Positions 27,976 to 37,318 of a stretch of DNA of 64,000 nt are shown in pieces. The notes beneath the pieces were generated by a model. That model had not been told where the DNA came from and searched no databases. It saw only the letters and a program-made list of their open reading frames with translations. The position numbers were made by a program, and so were the translations under genes. How positions within the stretch are numbered: the stretch's first letter is position 1; each line of letters begins with the position of its first letter. The DNA is from Pontiella sp. (lineage in GTDB: Bacteria > Verrucomicrobiota > Kiritimatiellia > Kiritimatiellales > Pontiellaceae): the NCBI GenBank assembly GCA_050290185.1, contig JBNKHE010000008.1:148647-212646 (forward strand), in the 5' to 3' direction.

Positions 27976-30195
27976 ATGAAAAGTAAACGGGTACAACTCA
28001 TGGCAATCGCTGCAATGGCGATAGCCATGCTTGGGATTCACTGCGTTCAGGCGCAGGAGTTACGGATCGACACGCGGCCTCTTACGCCGGCCGAAATTAG
28101 CAATTATGGATTGCCTGGCACGACGCAAATCGCCAACGGCACCCATGTGGTGGGTCTCGGGCAACCAGTCTACCTCGACTTGCTGGCCGACGCTGGTACG
28201 GTAGTTACTCAGGTGGTCTGGACACTGAATGACGTGGTAGATGTAGACGGATATTCCGTCACCTCGTCCGCGACACTTACCAACAGCCCGCTCCCGATGT
28301 CCATGCCGACCTACGATTCCGTTGACCGGGTGGCTTTCGACCTTATCGACCGATCCATGATTGTTCCGGATGTCAAGGGTACCTATCAGATTTCGGTCCA
28401 GGCCTTTACCTCGAATGGTGTACTGAATGCCGATATCGAAGTGGTAGGCTCCGTGTTCATCGGTCAGGATTCAGCCGCCTGTTCGCTTTGTCATGCCAGC
28501 AAGCAGGAGCCATTCATGACCACGCTCCATTCCGTTGCCCTGAAGGACAATATCAACGATCCGAACGGCCATTTTCAGGCATTCTGCATCAAGTGCCACG
28601 CACTGGGATATGACACGACACCGGGTGCTGTCAATATGGGCTTTGACGATGTCGCCGACGATCTGGGATGGACCTTCCCTGCCGTATTGGGAACCAACAA
28701 CTGGGATGATCTACCGGATGCGCTGAAACTGAAATCCAATGTACAGTGCGAAAACTGCCATGGTCCGGCCCAGGAACATCTGCGTTCCGGTGGCGATCCG
28801 AGCAAGATTGGCATCAGCATGAGTGCCGGTACCTGCGGGCAATGCCACGATGCGCCTTCGCATCATACCAAGAACTTTGAATGGGGAACTTCCGTTCACG
28901 GCCAGACTACAGTCGACCGTTCGGGTAGTTGCCGCAACTGCCACACGTCCGCCGGCTTTGTGGATGCGAACGATCCCGGCATGAATGAATACGGCGAAGA
29001 AGTCGCAGTTACAGCCACCTTCAAGGAAGGAATCACTTGCGCCGCATGCCATGATCCGCATGCGAAGGGCGGACAGATTCATCAGTTGCGTGACCTGCAA
29101 AGCGTCGAGCTCGAAAATGGTAGTGTCATCACCAATGGCGGAGCCGGCATCGTGTGCATGAGTTGTCATAAATCGCGTCGCGAGGCCGAGACCTATGTCT
29201 ATGGCAATGCCAGCAAGCACTTTGGGCCGCACCATGGACCGCAGGGCGATATGATGGCTGGCGAAAATGCCGTTGAATATGGACAGGATATGCCCTCGTC
29301 CAAGCACTTGACCGTGGTTGAAGAGTCTTGTGCCGAGTGCCACATGCAGGAAATTCCTGCCGGTCTTCCGGCCTATGCTGCCGGCAAAGTGGGTGGGCAC
29401 TCTTTCGCACTGGCCTACGAAGACGGTACCAATGCTCCGATCTATCTGGTTGACGCCTGCTCCAGTTGCCACGGCGAAATCGAAGACTTCAATTTCGGTG
29501 GCGAGGACTACGACCTCGATGGCGTGGTTGAAGGTGTACAGGAAGAAATCGAAGGTCTGTTGCATGATCTGGCGATGCTGCTGCCTCCGGTAGGTGATCC
29601 GGAAATCGGCCTGCATACCAGCACCGATGGCTACGACACGCTGCCGATCAAACGCGGGGTGTACAACTATCTGTTCGTTGAAGAAGACGGCAGCCATGGG
29701 GTGCATAACCCGAAGTATGCGGCCGCTATCCTGCGGGCCTCCATTGAAGACCTCAAGGGCGGTATCGATATCGACCATGACGGTCTGGTCGATGCATGGG
29801 AAATTGCCAACTTTGGTGATTTGACCAGCCAGTCCGGCATGGGCGACTACGATGGCGATGGCCTGACCAACGATCAGGAAGAAAATCTCGGAACCGATCC
29901 TCTGCTCGTTGACAGCGATGGTGACGGGATCTCCGACCTGGCCGAAGTTCAGGGCGGAAGCAACCCGCTGGATATCGACAGCGTTCCGACCAGCGATATG
30001 GTCATCCTGCCGGCGGCCGAAGTCGGCTACCTTCCGCAGGGTACGGGAACCGTGGTTCGTATCCAGTCTACCGATGCTCTCGGTGGTGGGTGGCAGGATC
30101 TCGGTCCGGCCCAGACCAATACCGGCAGTATGGTCTATGGTCTCGATTCCCTGCGGGGGACGACCAACCGCTTCTATCGCGCAATCGAGGAATAA
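27976..30195 (+). CDS. Exported nonaheme c-type cytochrome with N-terminal Ig-like region, DxDxDG repeats and C-terminal sorting-like domain
   Basis: Signal peptide; 9 CxxCH (CSLCH to CSSCH); HFGPHHGPQGDM, EEDGSHGVHNP; DIDHDGLVDAWE...DYDGDGLTN...DSDGDG; ends RFYRAIEE. Confidence 0.9.
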   Translation: MKSKRVQLMAIAAMAIAMLGIHCVQAQELRIDTRPLTPAEISNYGLPGTTQIANGTHVVGLGQPVYLDLLADAGTVVTQVVWTLNDVVDVDGYSVTSSATLTNSPLPMSMPTYDSVDRVAFDLIDRSMIVPDVKGTYQISVQAFTSNGVLNADIEVVGSVFIGQDSAACSLCHASKQEPFMTTLHSVALKDNINDPNGHFQAFCIKCHALGYDTTPGAVNMGFDDVADDLGWTFPAVLGTNNWDDLPDALKLKSNVQCENCHGPAQEHLRSGGDPSKIGISMSAGTCGQCHDAPSHHTKNFEWGTSVHGQTTVDRSGSCRNCHTSAGFVDANDPGMNEYGEEVAVTATFKEGITCAACHDPHAKGGQIHQLRDLQSVELENGSVITNGGAGIVCMSCHKSRREAETYVYGNASKHFGPHHGPQGDMMAGENAVEYGQDMPSSKHLTVVEESCAECHMQEIPAGLPAYAAGKVGGHSFALAYEDGTNAPIYLVDACSSCHGEIEDFNFGGEDYDLDGVVEGVQEEIEGLLHDLAMLLPPVGDPEIGLHTSTDGYDTLPIKRGVYNYLFVEEDGSHGVHNPKYAAAILRASIEDLKGGIDIDHDGLVDAWEIANFGDLTSQSGMGDYDGDGLTNDQEENLGTDPLLVDSDGDGISDLAEVQGGSNPLDIDSVPTSDMVILPAAEVGYLPQGTGTVVRIQSTDALGGGWQDLGPAQTNTGSMVYGLDSLRGTTNRFYRAIEE

Positions 30196-30202
30196 TGATA
30201 AC

Positions 30203-30236
30203 GGGATCGGCCCATCAATGGGCCGATCCCTCTTTC
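30203..30236 (+). terminator. Strong intercistronic hairpin
   Basis: GGGATCGGCCCA-TCAA-TGGGCCGATCCC then TCTTT. Confidence 0.6.
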
Positions 30237-30252
30237 CCTTGGAAGGGTGTAA

Positions 30253-31623
30253 ATGAAGGATCTTTCCAGAATCAGCCTTAACGTGACCTTGCTCGGCGCA
30301 GGGCTTTTTTTATTTGGGGCTTCGGCCTTTGGCAAAGAGGCGGCGTCCCCGGCCTATTCGGGTTCGTTACGCGCCACATACGACTATCGCGGGATGGGCG
30401 ATTACGAAGACCATGATGCCTATAGCTACTGGTATTTTCGTGGACGCGATCTTGGCGATGAGCTTGTGGATATCTATACCTCCGGCCGGTTTCACTCCGA
30501 CCTGGATGGCACCACCTCTACCGCATACGATCCCTTCGGAAGTATAAGCGATGGCTCACAGGGTGATTTTCGGTTGCTTCAGTTTTATGTGGATATTCAC
30601 AACCGCGAGCAGAGCATGGCCATGCGCTACGGTCGTCAGTATGTAGACATCGCGGATTATATTCAACTGGATGGCGCGCAGGTCATGCTGTTTGAAAAGC
30701 AGGCGATTGGCGGCCGGGTATTTATCGGTCAGCCGGCCAGTGACTATTCCGCGACAGACGGGGACGTCTTTTTGGGAGCATCTCTAGTCGGAAGACCATG
30801 GAGTGGCAATCAAAGCCGGGCCACCTATGCACGATATCGCGATGACAGCAAAGCTGTTGCGGATGATCATGTTTTTCTGAATATGAAACAAACCCTGGGG
30901 GACGAACTCAGGACGCACGCTTACCTTTCCGTCATGAATAATGATGTTCGCATGGGCGGGGCCGATCTGTTTTATGTCTCTATGTCGGATTATGTATTTG
31001 ATGCGGTTTTGGGGGTTAAGCGCTGGGGGGATTACACTGCCGATACGCGGGCCTATTCTCCTTTGTCGGAAGCCTTGAACGGTCTGGAGCCCTACACTAT
31101 GGGATACGGCCGCTTTACCGCGGAACTGTTGCCCTGGCTATATCTTTCTCCGGGGGCCACGCTCCGTGAACCCGACGACGAAAACTTTACCAACCGCCGT
31201 TTTGAGCGGTACGACCTCAGTTTCATTCTGGAGCCGACTGACGGGCTCAGTTCCACTGTTGCCCTGGAATACTGGGATGTGGACGACGACAGTGAATTTT
31301 TCGGTGTGAGTGGAGATATCCGCTACCGCTACCGGAAGCTCTGGGAGCTGTCGCTGGGGGCGGCCTACGTGGATTATACCTATCTGCAGTTAAGCGATCA
31401 GTCGGTGTTTAACAACGACGAAGCGATCCTTCCCGAACTTCCAATCAATCCGCAGGATGGTTCTCGCGTAGAGGCCTCCCCCAACGCGTTTACGTATTAT
31501 CTGCGTGGACGGTGGAGCATCACCGAGAAAGCGGCGTTGCGGCTTTCGGGCGAACTTGAAGACGATAGCGACGAGGAAGATCTGAGCTATCGGATTCGCA
31601 CATCATTTGAGGTACGGCTGTGA
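30253..31623 (+). CDS. Outer-membrane beta-barrel protein (putative porin of a porin-cytochrome complex)
   Basis: Signal peptide; Tyr/Gly/Asp-rich alternating beta strands (RLLQFYVD, RYGRQYV, LDGAQV); terminal strand YRIRTSFEVRL; lies between two multiheme genes. Confidence 0.75.
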   Translation: MKDLSRISLNVTLLGAGLFLFGASAFGKEAASPAYSGSLRATYDYRGMGDYEDHDAYSYWYFRGRDLGDELVDIYTSGRFHSDLDGTTSTAYDPFGSISDGSQGDFRLLQFYVDIHNREQSMAMRYGRQYVDIADYIQLDGAQVMLFEKQAIGGRVFIGQPASDYSATDGDVFLGASLVGRPWSGNQSRATYARYRDDSKAVADDHVFLNMKQTLGDELRTHAYLSVMNNDVRMGGADLFYVSMSDYVFDAVLGVKRWGDYTADTRAYSPLSEALNGLEPYTMGYGRFTAELLPWLYLSPGATLREPDDENFTNRRFERYDLSFILEPTDGLSSTVALEYWDVDDDSEFFGVSGDIRYRYRKLWELSLGAAYVDYTYLQLSDQSVFNNDEAILPELPINPQDGSRVEASPNAFTYYLRGRWSITEKAALRLSGELEDDSDEEDLSYRIRTSFEVRL

Positions 31624-32621
31624 AAATGAATCGCATAATCCAGTTCACGACGATGGCTGTATTCCTTGTCCTGCTGTCCGGATGCAAGGAAGAAGAGAAA
31701 TACCAGCTGCGCTTCAGTCACTATCTTCATGTAACCGAAAATGAAATGGGTTGCGATGAATGCCACGGTGAACCGGGACAACCCTCGTTCAGCGCCATTT
31801 CGCACGAAACCTGCCTCGACTGCCATGACGAGCCGGAGGCGGAAGAGATTGCCGCTGAAACCTGCGGAATGTGCCATCAGGAAAAACAGCTGGCTGTTTT
31901 TGCGCTGCCGGAAACCGAAGAAGCGGATGCCGCGTACGAGGTAGACAAAGTACCGGCCCGGAATATTTTCGTACACACTGAAGCCCTTGCAGGTCAATGC
32001 ACGGACTGCCATGAATACTTGCTGGACGAAAATCTGGACGCTGTGCCTATGCTGGAGCGTAGCGATGTGCTGGCTATACGCCAGAAAGCCCATGCGTCGG
32101 GGCAGGAGTGTATCACTTGCCATGTAGATATGGATCCAGGGATTCCGCCGGCCAGTCATGATGTGGCATGGACCAAACGGCATGGCCGGTTTTCCATGCA
32201 GGATGATGCCTCGTGCAGCGTCTGCCATACACAGGACAGTTGCATGGATTGCCATAATGTCATGCAGCCGGTTTCGCATAACACCATGTTCCGGACGCGC
32301 ACGCACGGTACGCTTGCCGCGTGGAACCGCGACAGCTGCCAGGTATGCCATGAAGAAGACTCGTGCACGTCATGTCATGCCATGACGCGGCCAAGATCGC
32401 ACAATGCCCGCTGGGGTGCTGCGGGTTTCAAACCGACACACTGTATTGGCTGCCACGATACATCAACGCCGGGCGATGGTTGCGCAACCTGTCATGAGAA
32501 TGGCAACGATGTCATGTTGCATGAACGCTACTGGGGAGGTGCTCCTATCAACCATAACCAACCGGGCATTGAAAACTGCTACATCTGCCACTGGACGCAA
32601 GCCCCGCAAGGGACTCTCTAG
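31620..32621 (+). CDS. Dodecaheme c-type cytochrome lipoprotein
   Basis: Lipobox LLSG-C; LRFSH..H (c7-like); 12 CxxCH counted; paired CxxCH-X4-CxxCH with PxSH motifs; start overlaps porin stop. Confidence 0.9.
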   Translation: MKMNRIIQFTTMAVFLVLLSGCKEEEKYQLRFSHYLHVTENEMGCDECHGEPGQPSFSAISHETCLDCHDEPEAEEIAAETCGMCHQEKQLAVFALPETEEADAAYEVDKVPARNIFVHTEALAGQCTDCHEYLLDENLDAVPMLERSDVLAIRQKAHASGQECITCHVDMDPGIPPASHDVAWTKRHGRFSMQDDASCSVCHTQDSCMDCHNVMQPVSHNTMFRTRTHGTLAAWNRDSCQVCHEEDSCTSCHAMTRPRSHNARWGAAGFKPTHCIGCHDTSTPGDGCATCHENGNDVMLHERYWGGAPINHNQPGIENCYICHWTQAPQGTL

Positions 32622-32632
32622 TCTAGGGAGAA

Positions 32633-33304
32633 CTACAGTTTGCGAACGGTGCATCCGTCAGGCGCGATGTCGATTTCAAAGTCGATGATGCCTTCCGAAC
32701 CGCGGATCGTGGCCTTGACGGGCTCGGTAACCGTAAGTGCGAATGCCAGCGTATTCAGTTCGGATGGCGAGCATTGAATAATGCCAAGACTGCCGGTCGC
32801 GTTGACGATACCTTCTGCGCTGGCCTCATTCGCTGCAGATGCGGGATGCAGAGATACGATTTTAGATGAAGAGTTTCCCGGTACACGCACAACGAGTGTG
32901 ATGTCTTCGGGCAGGTTGAGGCCTTCACCCACATTGAATTCCAAATGAACGGCCAGTCCTGCAGAGGTTTGCTGTACTGTAGCTTCCTGCAAGAACAGCG
33001 TTTCAACCTCTTCTTTGACGGGGTTGACGGGGAGGGAGGTGCGGTTTGTGCGCATCGTTGAGAGCCGTTCCCGGGTCTCTTTCGATGAATCTCCGCTGTT
33101 TAAATCATTAATTTCCGCTTTGGCAGTGGTAAGTTCCTGCTGCAGTTTGCTGTTTTGAACGGTAAGCTGCTGCACGCGGTCAGTTGCTTCCGTATGATTG
33201 CGCCACAGCATCGCAATGGCGAGGAGCAGGATCACGGTGGGCGCCAGATAGAGTGCAACGATGAGAGGATTGCGGGGCCGGTTTGGAGAGGTTGATTTAT
33301 TCAT
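32633..33304 (-). CDS. Hypothetical membrane-anchored protein with coiled coil
   Basis: 223 aa ORF, one TM helix, coiled-coil segment, beta-rich C-terminal domain. Confidence 0.7.
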   Translation of the reverse strand: MNKSTSPNRPRNPLIVALYLAPTVILLLAIAMLWRNHTEATDRVQQLTVQNSKLQQELTTAKAEINDLNSGDSSKETRERLSTMRTNRTSLPVNPVKEEVETLFLQEATVQQTSAGLAVHLEFNVGEGLNLPEDITLVVRVPGNSSSKIVSLHPASAANEASAEGIVNATGSLGIIQCSPSELNTLAFALTVTEPVKATIRGSEGIIDFEIDIAPDGCTVRKL

Positions 33305-33473
33305 GATTTGAGTATGCGGTTCCAGTGTTCAAGGGTCAAGGTCATCATCGCGATCCCGGGCTCTTGTTGAGGCTTTTTTCCTTTTCTTACGGGATATTCA
33401 GGATCATATGGGTCGACATCAGCAGGCTCAAATCCTAGAGTACGCACCAATTACTAAAAACAGGGATTTGCTT

Positions 33474-34079
33474 ATGAAACAGATTGTTATTGCCTCCTCA
33501 CTTTTGGTTTTGATCGCCGGTTGCAAACGCTCGGAGCCAACGTCCTATGAAGTTCCGAAGGAGCCGGCTACGCCGGCTTCCCAGCAGGCGGCTCAGCCGT
33601 CGATGGGCTCCATGGGTTCCGATACGGATATGCAAATGGTACAGGCTGCGCATGCCTCCATGATGCAAAACACCGCTTCGCCGGCATTCACCGCCGATCT
33701 GCCCGAAGGTTGGGCGGAAGCTCCAGGTACCGGTATGCGTATGGTGAGTTACACGATCCCGGAAACCTCCATTGACTTCTACATGATTCCGCTTTCGATG
33801 GGCGATGTGCCGAGCAACGTCAACCGTTGGCGCGGTCAGGTGGACCTGCAGGACGCCTCCCCGGAGGAAATCGCAGGTCAGGTGGAAACCTTCCAGGTCG
33901 ACTGCCACGCCGTTAACTACATTGAAATCTACAATGAAGAAGGCGGCAAGGGCATCATTGCCGCCATAGTCGATCTCGCTCCGAGCTACTGGTACTTCAC
34001 GGCCAAGGGGTCTGTTGACGAACTGAAGTCCAACGCCGCCGATATCCGTAAAGTCATCGAAAGCATAAAAATCAAGTAG
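33474..34079 (+). CDS. Lipoprotein encoded upstream of resB/ccsA
   Basis: Lipobox LIAG-C; LPEGW...GMR; NVNRWRGQ motif; WYF..KG. Confidence 0.75.
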   Translation: MKQIVIASSLLVLIAGCKRSEPTSYEVPKEPATPASQQAAQPSMGSMGSDTDMQMVQAAHASMMQNTASPAFTADLPEGWAEAPGTGMRMVSYTIPETSIDFYMIPLSMGDVPSNVNRWRGQVDLQDASPEEIAGQVETFQVDCHAVNYIEIYNEEGGKGIIAAIVDLAPSYWYFTAKGSVDELKSNAADIRKVIESIKIK

Positions 34080-34148
34080 TCCCGGCGACGCTCGTTCGTC
34101 ACGGAATCCGTGCGGAAACGGGGTTGTTTGCGGCTCGATTGCAACATT

Positions 34149-35570
34149 ATGAAAAAAATCATCGATTTCTTCCTGTCGCTTAAGCTGACGGTGGCATTGC
34201 TGGCCCTCAGTATGGTGCTGGTGCTCGCCGGAACGCTGGCCCAGATCGACAAGGATATCTGGGCGGTCATGGAGCAGTATTTCCGCTGCTATATGGCTCA
34301 GATCGACCTGTTTGTCTTCTTCCCGCGTTCCTGGGACATTCCCCGCAATATATGGATTCCGTTCCCAGGCGGTTTTCTGATTGGCTTCCTGTTGACGGTC
34401 AACCTGCTGATGGTGCATTCCGCCAGTTTCAGGGTGGTGGCCAAGGGCAACCGTCGGCTCGCCGGGTTCTTGGTCCTGTTGCTGGGGATTCTGGTTGTGG
34501 TGGGCGTCATGTTCGGCTGGGGCACAACGGCGGTGGCGGCCACGGAAGACGATGCGTTTTGGCGCGTATTCCTGCGTCTTGGACGTGGAACATTGGCGGC
34601 CGTGGTCTTGTTCTGGGCCTGCCATTTGCTCTACTACAAACGCGCGGGCATGGTTTTGCTGCACGGTGGGATTCTGTTTCTGCTGATAGGCGAATTCATT
34701 ACCGCCCAGTTTGCGGTGGAAGCCAACATGACCATCAAAGAGGGCGAAACGGTCAACTATATCGACCGCACCCAGCAACTTGAACTCTCCTTTACCGACA
34801 CCTCGGATCCCCAGCATGACATAGTGACCGTGATCCCGCAGGAAAAACTAAAGGACGACGCTCTGATCCAGCCCGACACCCTACCTTTCGATATCAAGAT
34901 TAATCACTACATGCTCAACTCGAACAATCCGCAACCCCTGACCAACGTGTCCGAGCGGCAGCGCAACAGTTACCCGAAATACGAAGGCTACGGATCCCGT
35001 CTCTATGTAGCCGAACAGCGCGAGGTCAGCGGAACCATGAGCGCCCGCAATGCGCCGGCAGTCGATGTGGAATTGTTTGACCGGCAGTCCGGTGCATCGC
35101 TGGGCCGCTACATCCTGAGTCTGTGGTTCTACCCCAACTTCGTCAACCAGGCATGGGATATGCCTACCCGGATCAAGGTTGATGGCAAGGAATATATCGT
35201 TTACTACCGTTTTGCGCGGGAATATCTGCGCTCCCCGAGCGGAAGTCCCTTTTCGATCACGCTGCTCGACTTTAATCATGAGAATTATGAAGGCACCCAG
35301 ATGCCCAAGGATTTCTCCAGCCATATCCGGCTGGTCAATCCGGGGGATGATGTAGATCGAGAACTGCGTATCTGGATGAACAATCCCTTGCGCTATGCCC
35401 GCCGGACCTTCTATCAGTCCGGCTTTTTGCCTAATGACAGTGGAACCGTGCTGCAGGTGGTTCGCAACGATGTGTGGATGATTCCCTATCTCTCCTGCAT
35501 GATCGTGTTCGTGGGCATGGTCGGACAGTTTTCCCAGTCGTTTAAACGCTATCTTCGGAGGGACGCCTGA
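34149..35570 (+). CDS. resB: ResB/CcsB-like cytochrome c biogenesis protein (system II)
   Basis: SLKLTV.LL....VLV..GTL.Q, LLHGG, PKDFSS, IWMNNPLRY...TFYQS, PYLSC; coupled to ccsA. Confidence 0.85.
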   Translation: MKKIIDFFLSLKLTVALLALSMVLVLAGTLAQIDKDIWAVMEQYFRCYMAQIDLFVFFPRSWDIPRNIWIPFPGGFLIGFLLTVNLLMVHSASFRVVAKGNRRLAGFLVLLLGILVVVGVMFGWGTTAVAATEDDAFWRVFLRLGRGTLAAVVLFWACHLLYYKRAGMVLLHGGILFLLIGEFITAQFAVEANMTIKEGETVNYIDRTQQLELSFTDTSDPQHDIVTVIPQEKLKDDALIQPDTLPFDIKINHYMLNSNNPQPLTNVSERQRNSYPKYEGYGSRLYVAEQREVSGTMSARNAPAVDVELFDRQSGASLGRYILSLWFYPNFVNQAWDMPTRIKVDGKEYIVYYRFAREYLRSPSGSPFSITLLDFNHENYEGTQMPKDFSSHIRLVNPGDDVDRELRIWMNNPLRYARRTFYQSGFLPNDSGTVLQVVRNDVWMIPYLSCMIVFVGMVGQFSQSFKRYLRRDA

Positions 35571-37318
35571 TGCGCCGCACCATTACCAACATGATCGTTG
35601 TTCTGTTTGCGCTCTGGTTCTTTGCGGCCGGAGTACGGCCCGCAAAGGAAGGCGCGTCCGACTTCCAGCTCAGCGCCTTCGCGCATTTGCCGGTAAAATA
35701 CGATGGCCGCATAAAACCGATCGACACTCTGGCGCGCAACCTGTTGACGATTCTTTCCGGCAAGCAGTCGTTGAGCACCGATGACGGCGAGCGGCTGAGT
35801 GCGGTGGAATGGTTTCTCGACACGGTGTCCGGGCGGGAAGAAGCGTTCGACTACAAGGTCATCCGCATCGAAAACCTCGATGTGCTGTCCAGCCTTGGGC
35901 TGGAAGAGCGTCATGGGTTGCGCTACTCCTACCGCGAGCTGGCGCCGAGTCTCGGCAGGCTCAACATGGCCGCGCGGTCGGCCTATGCCAAGGACACCCG
36001 CGACCGCGACGTGTACGACCGGCAGATCGTCAAGCTGGCCAACAAGCTCTATACCTTTGACAACGTGCTATCTTCGTTCGAGGATCCGTCGACCTTTCCC
36101 AAGGACCAGCTGATGGCCACTGCGCAGCGCTATATGCAGCTGGAGGGCTACTCGCTTCCGCTCGTGATTCCGCCGCACGACGCCACGAAACGCTGGCGAC
36201 CGCTCATGAGTTCATTGCTGGCCGGGCCCATGACGACGCCCGATCCGCTGGCCGTCAAGTTCGCTGCCATGCTGCACGATTACCGGGATGGAAGTACCGC
36301 CGGATTCAATCATAATCTGATGGATTACGGCACGGCTGTGAGCCGTGCCAATCCGGAAGTCTTTAGGAAGCTTGGCTTCGAAGTGTTCTACAACCGGCTC
36401 GGCGCCTTTATGAAATCGGCCGAACTTTACCTGCTCGTCTTTGTCCTCAGTTGTATCGGCTGGCTGTTCCGCAAGCAGGGCCTGCTGGATGCCGCCCGCA
36501 CCCTGATGATCTTCGCCTTTATTCCGCACACGTTCGCCATCGTGGCCCGCGTTTTCCTCTCGGGCTATCCTCCGGTAACCAACCTCTACTCCTCCGCCAT
36601 CTTCATCGGATGGGCGGCGGTAGCGGTCGGTATCCTGATGGAAACCGTCTTTCGCAAGAAGGCTGACGGTATCGGCAATCTGGTCGGCGGCATTGCCGGT
36701 TTCACCACCTTGCTTATTGCCCATTTTCTTGCAGGCGACGGCGACACCATGGAGCAGATGCGCGCTGTGCTTGATACCCGCTTCTGGCTGGCCACGCATG
36801 TGACCATAGTAACACTCGGTTATATGGCTACATTTGTCGCCGGTACCATCGGCATGTTCTATGTCTTTGCCGGACTGTTCACCCGGCGGCTCGACACCGA
36901 GACCGAAGACGGCATGTACCGCATGCTTTACGGGACCGTCTGTTTCGCGCTGCTCCTCAGTTTTGTTGGAACAGTGCTCGGGGGCCTGTGGGCCGACGAT
37001 TCATGGGGGCGGTTCTGGGGCTGGGATCCCAAAGAAAACGGAGCGCTACTGATCGTGCTCTGGAACGCCATCATGCTCCATGCCCGCTACGGAAAAATGG
37101 TCAAGCACCGCGGTTTTGCCATCATGTCCATATTCGGCAACATCGTCACGGCCTGGTCGTGGTTTGGGGTCAACCAGCTCAACGTCGGTCTGCATTCCTA
37201 TGGCTTTACGGACTCGGCCGGCTTTTGGTTGATGGTTTTCATCCTTTCTCAGATGGCCATTTGCATGGCATGCCTTATTCCGCCGCGGTTTTGGAGAAGC
37301 GGTGCCACCCAAGGCTAG
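35570..37318 (+). CDS. ccsA: Cytochrome c biogenesis protein CcsA/ResC (system II)
   Basis: GRIKPIDT.AR, PPVTNLYSS, VLDTRFWLATHV, WWD motif LGGLWADDSWGRFWGWDPKEN, GLHSYG. Confidence 0.93.
   Translation: MRRTITNMIVVLFALWFFAAGVRPAKEGASDFQLSAFAHLPVKYDGRIKPIDTLARNLLTILSGKQSLSTDDGERLSAVEWFLDTVSGREEAFDYKVIRIENLDVLSSLGLEERHGLRYSYRELAPSLGRLNMAARSAYAKDTRDRDVYDRQIVKLANKLYTFDNVLSSFEDPSTFPKDQLMATAQRYMQLEGYSLPLVIPPHDATKRWRPLMSSLLAGPMTTPDPLAVKFAAMLHDYRDGSTAGFNHNLMDYGTAVSRANPEVFRKLGFEVFYNRLGAFMKSAELYLLVFVLSCIGWLFRKQGLLDAARTLMIFAFIPHTFAIVARVFLSGYPPVTNLYSSAIFIGWAAVAVGILMETVFRKKADGIGNLVGGIAGFTTLLIAHFLAGDGDTMEQMRAVLDTRFWLATHVTIVTLGYMATFVAGTIGMFYVFAGLFTRRLDTETEDGMYRMLYGTVCFALLLSFVGTVLGGLWADDSWGRFWGWDPKENGALLIVLWNAIMLHARYGKMVKHRGFAIMSIFGNIVTAWSWFGVNQLNVGLHSYGFTDSAGFWLMVFILSQMAICMACLIPPRFWRSGATQG

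Noticed and set aside
27976..30195. Calling the 9-heme protein NrfA nitrite reductase because of DGSHGVHNP
   Set aside because: No CxxCK active-site motif; all nine motifs are CxxCH and the architecture is surface-type
8794..37318. Whole island as a recently acquired mobile element
   Set aside because: No integrase, transposase, tRNA border or terminal repeats; coding composition resembles the flanks, and the cytochromes carry the same tail as a protein outside the island
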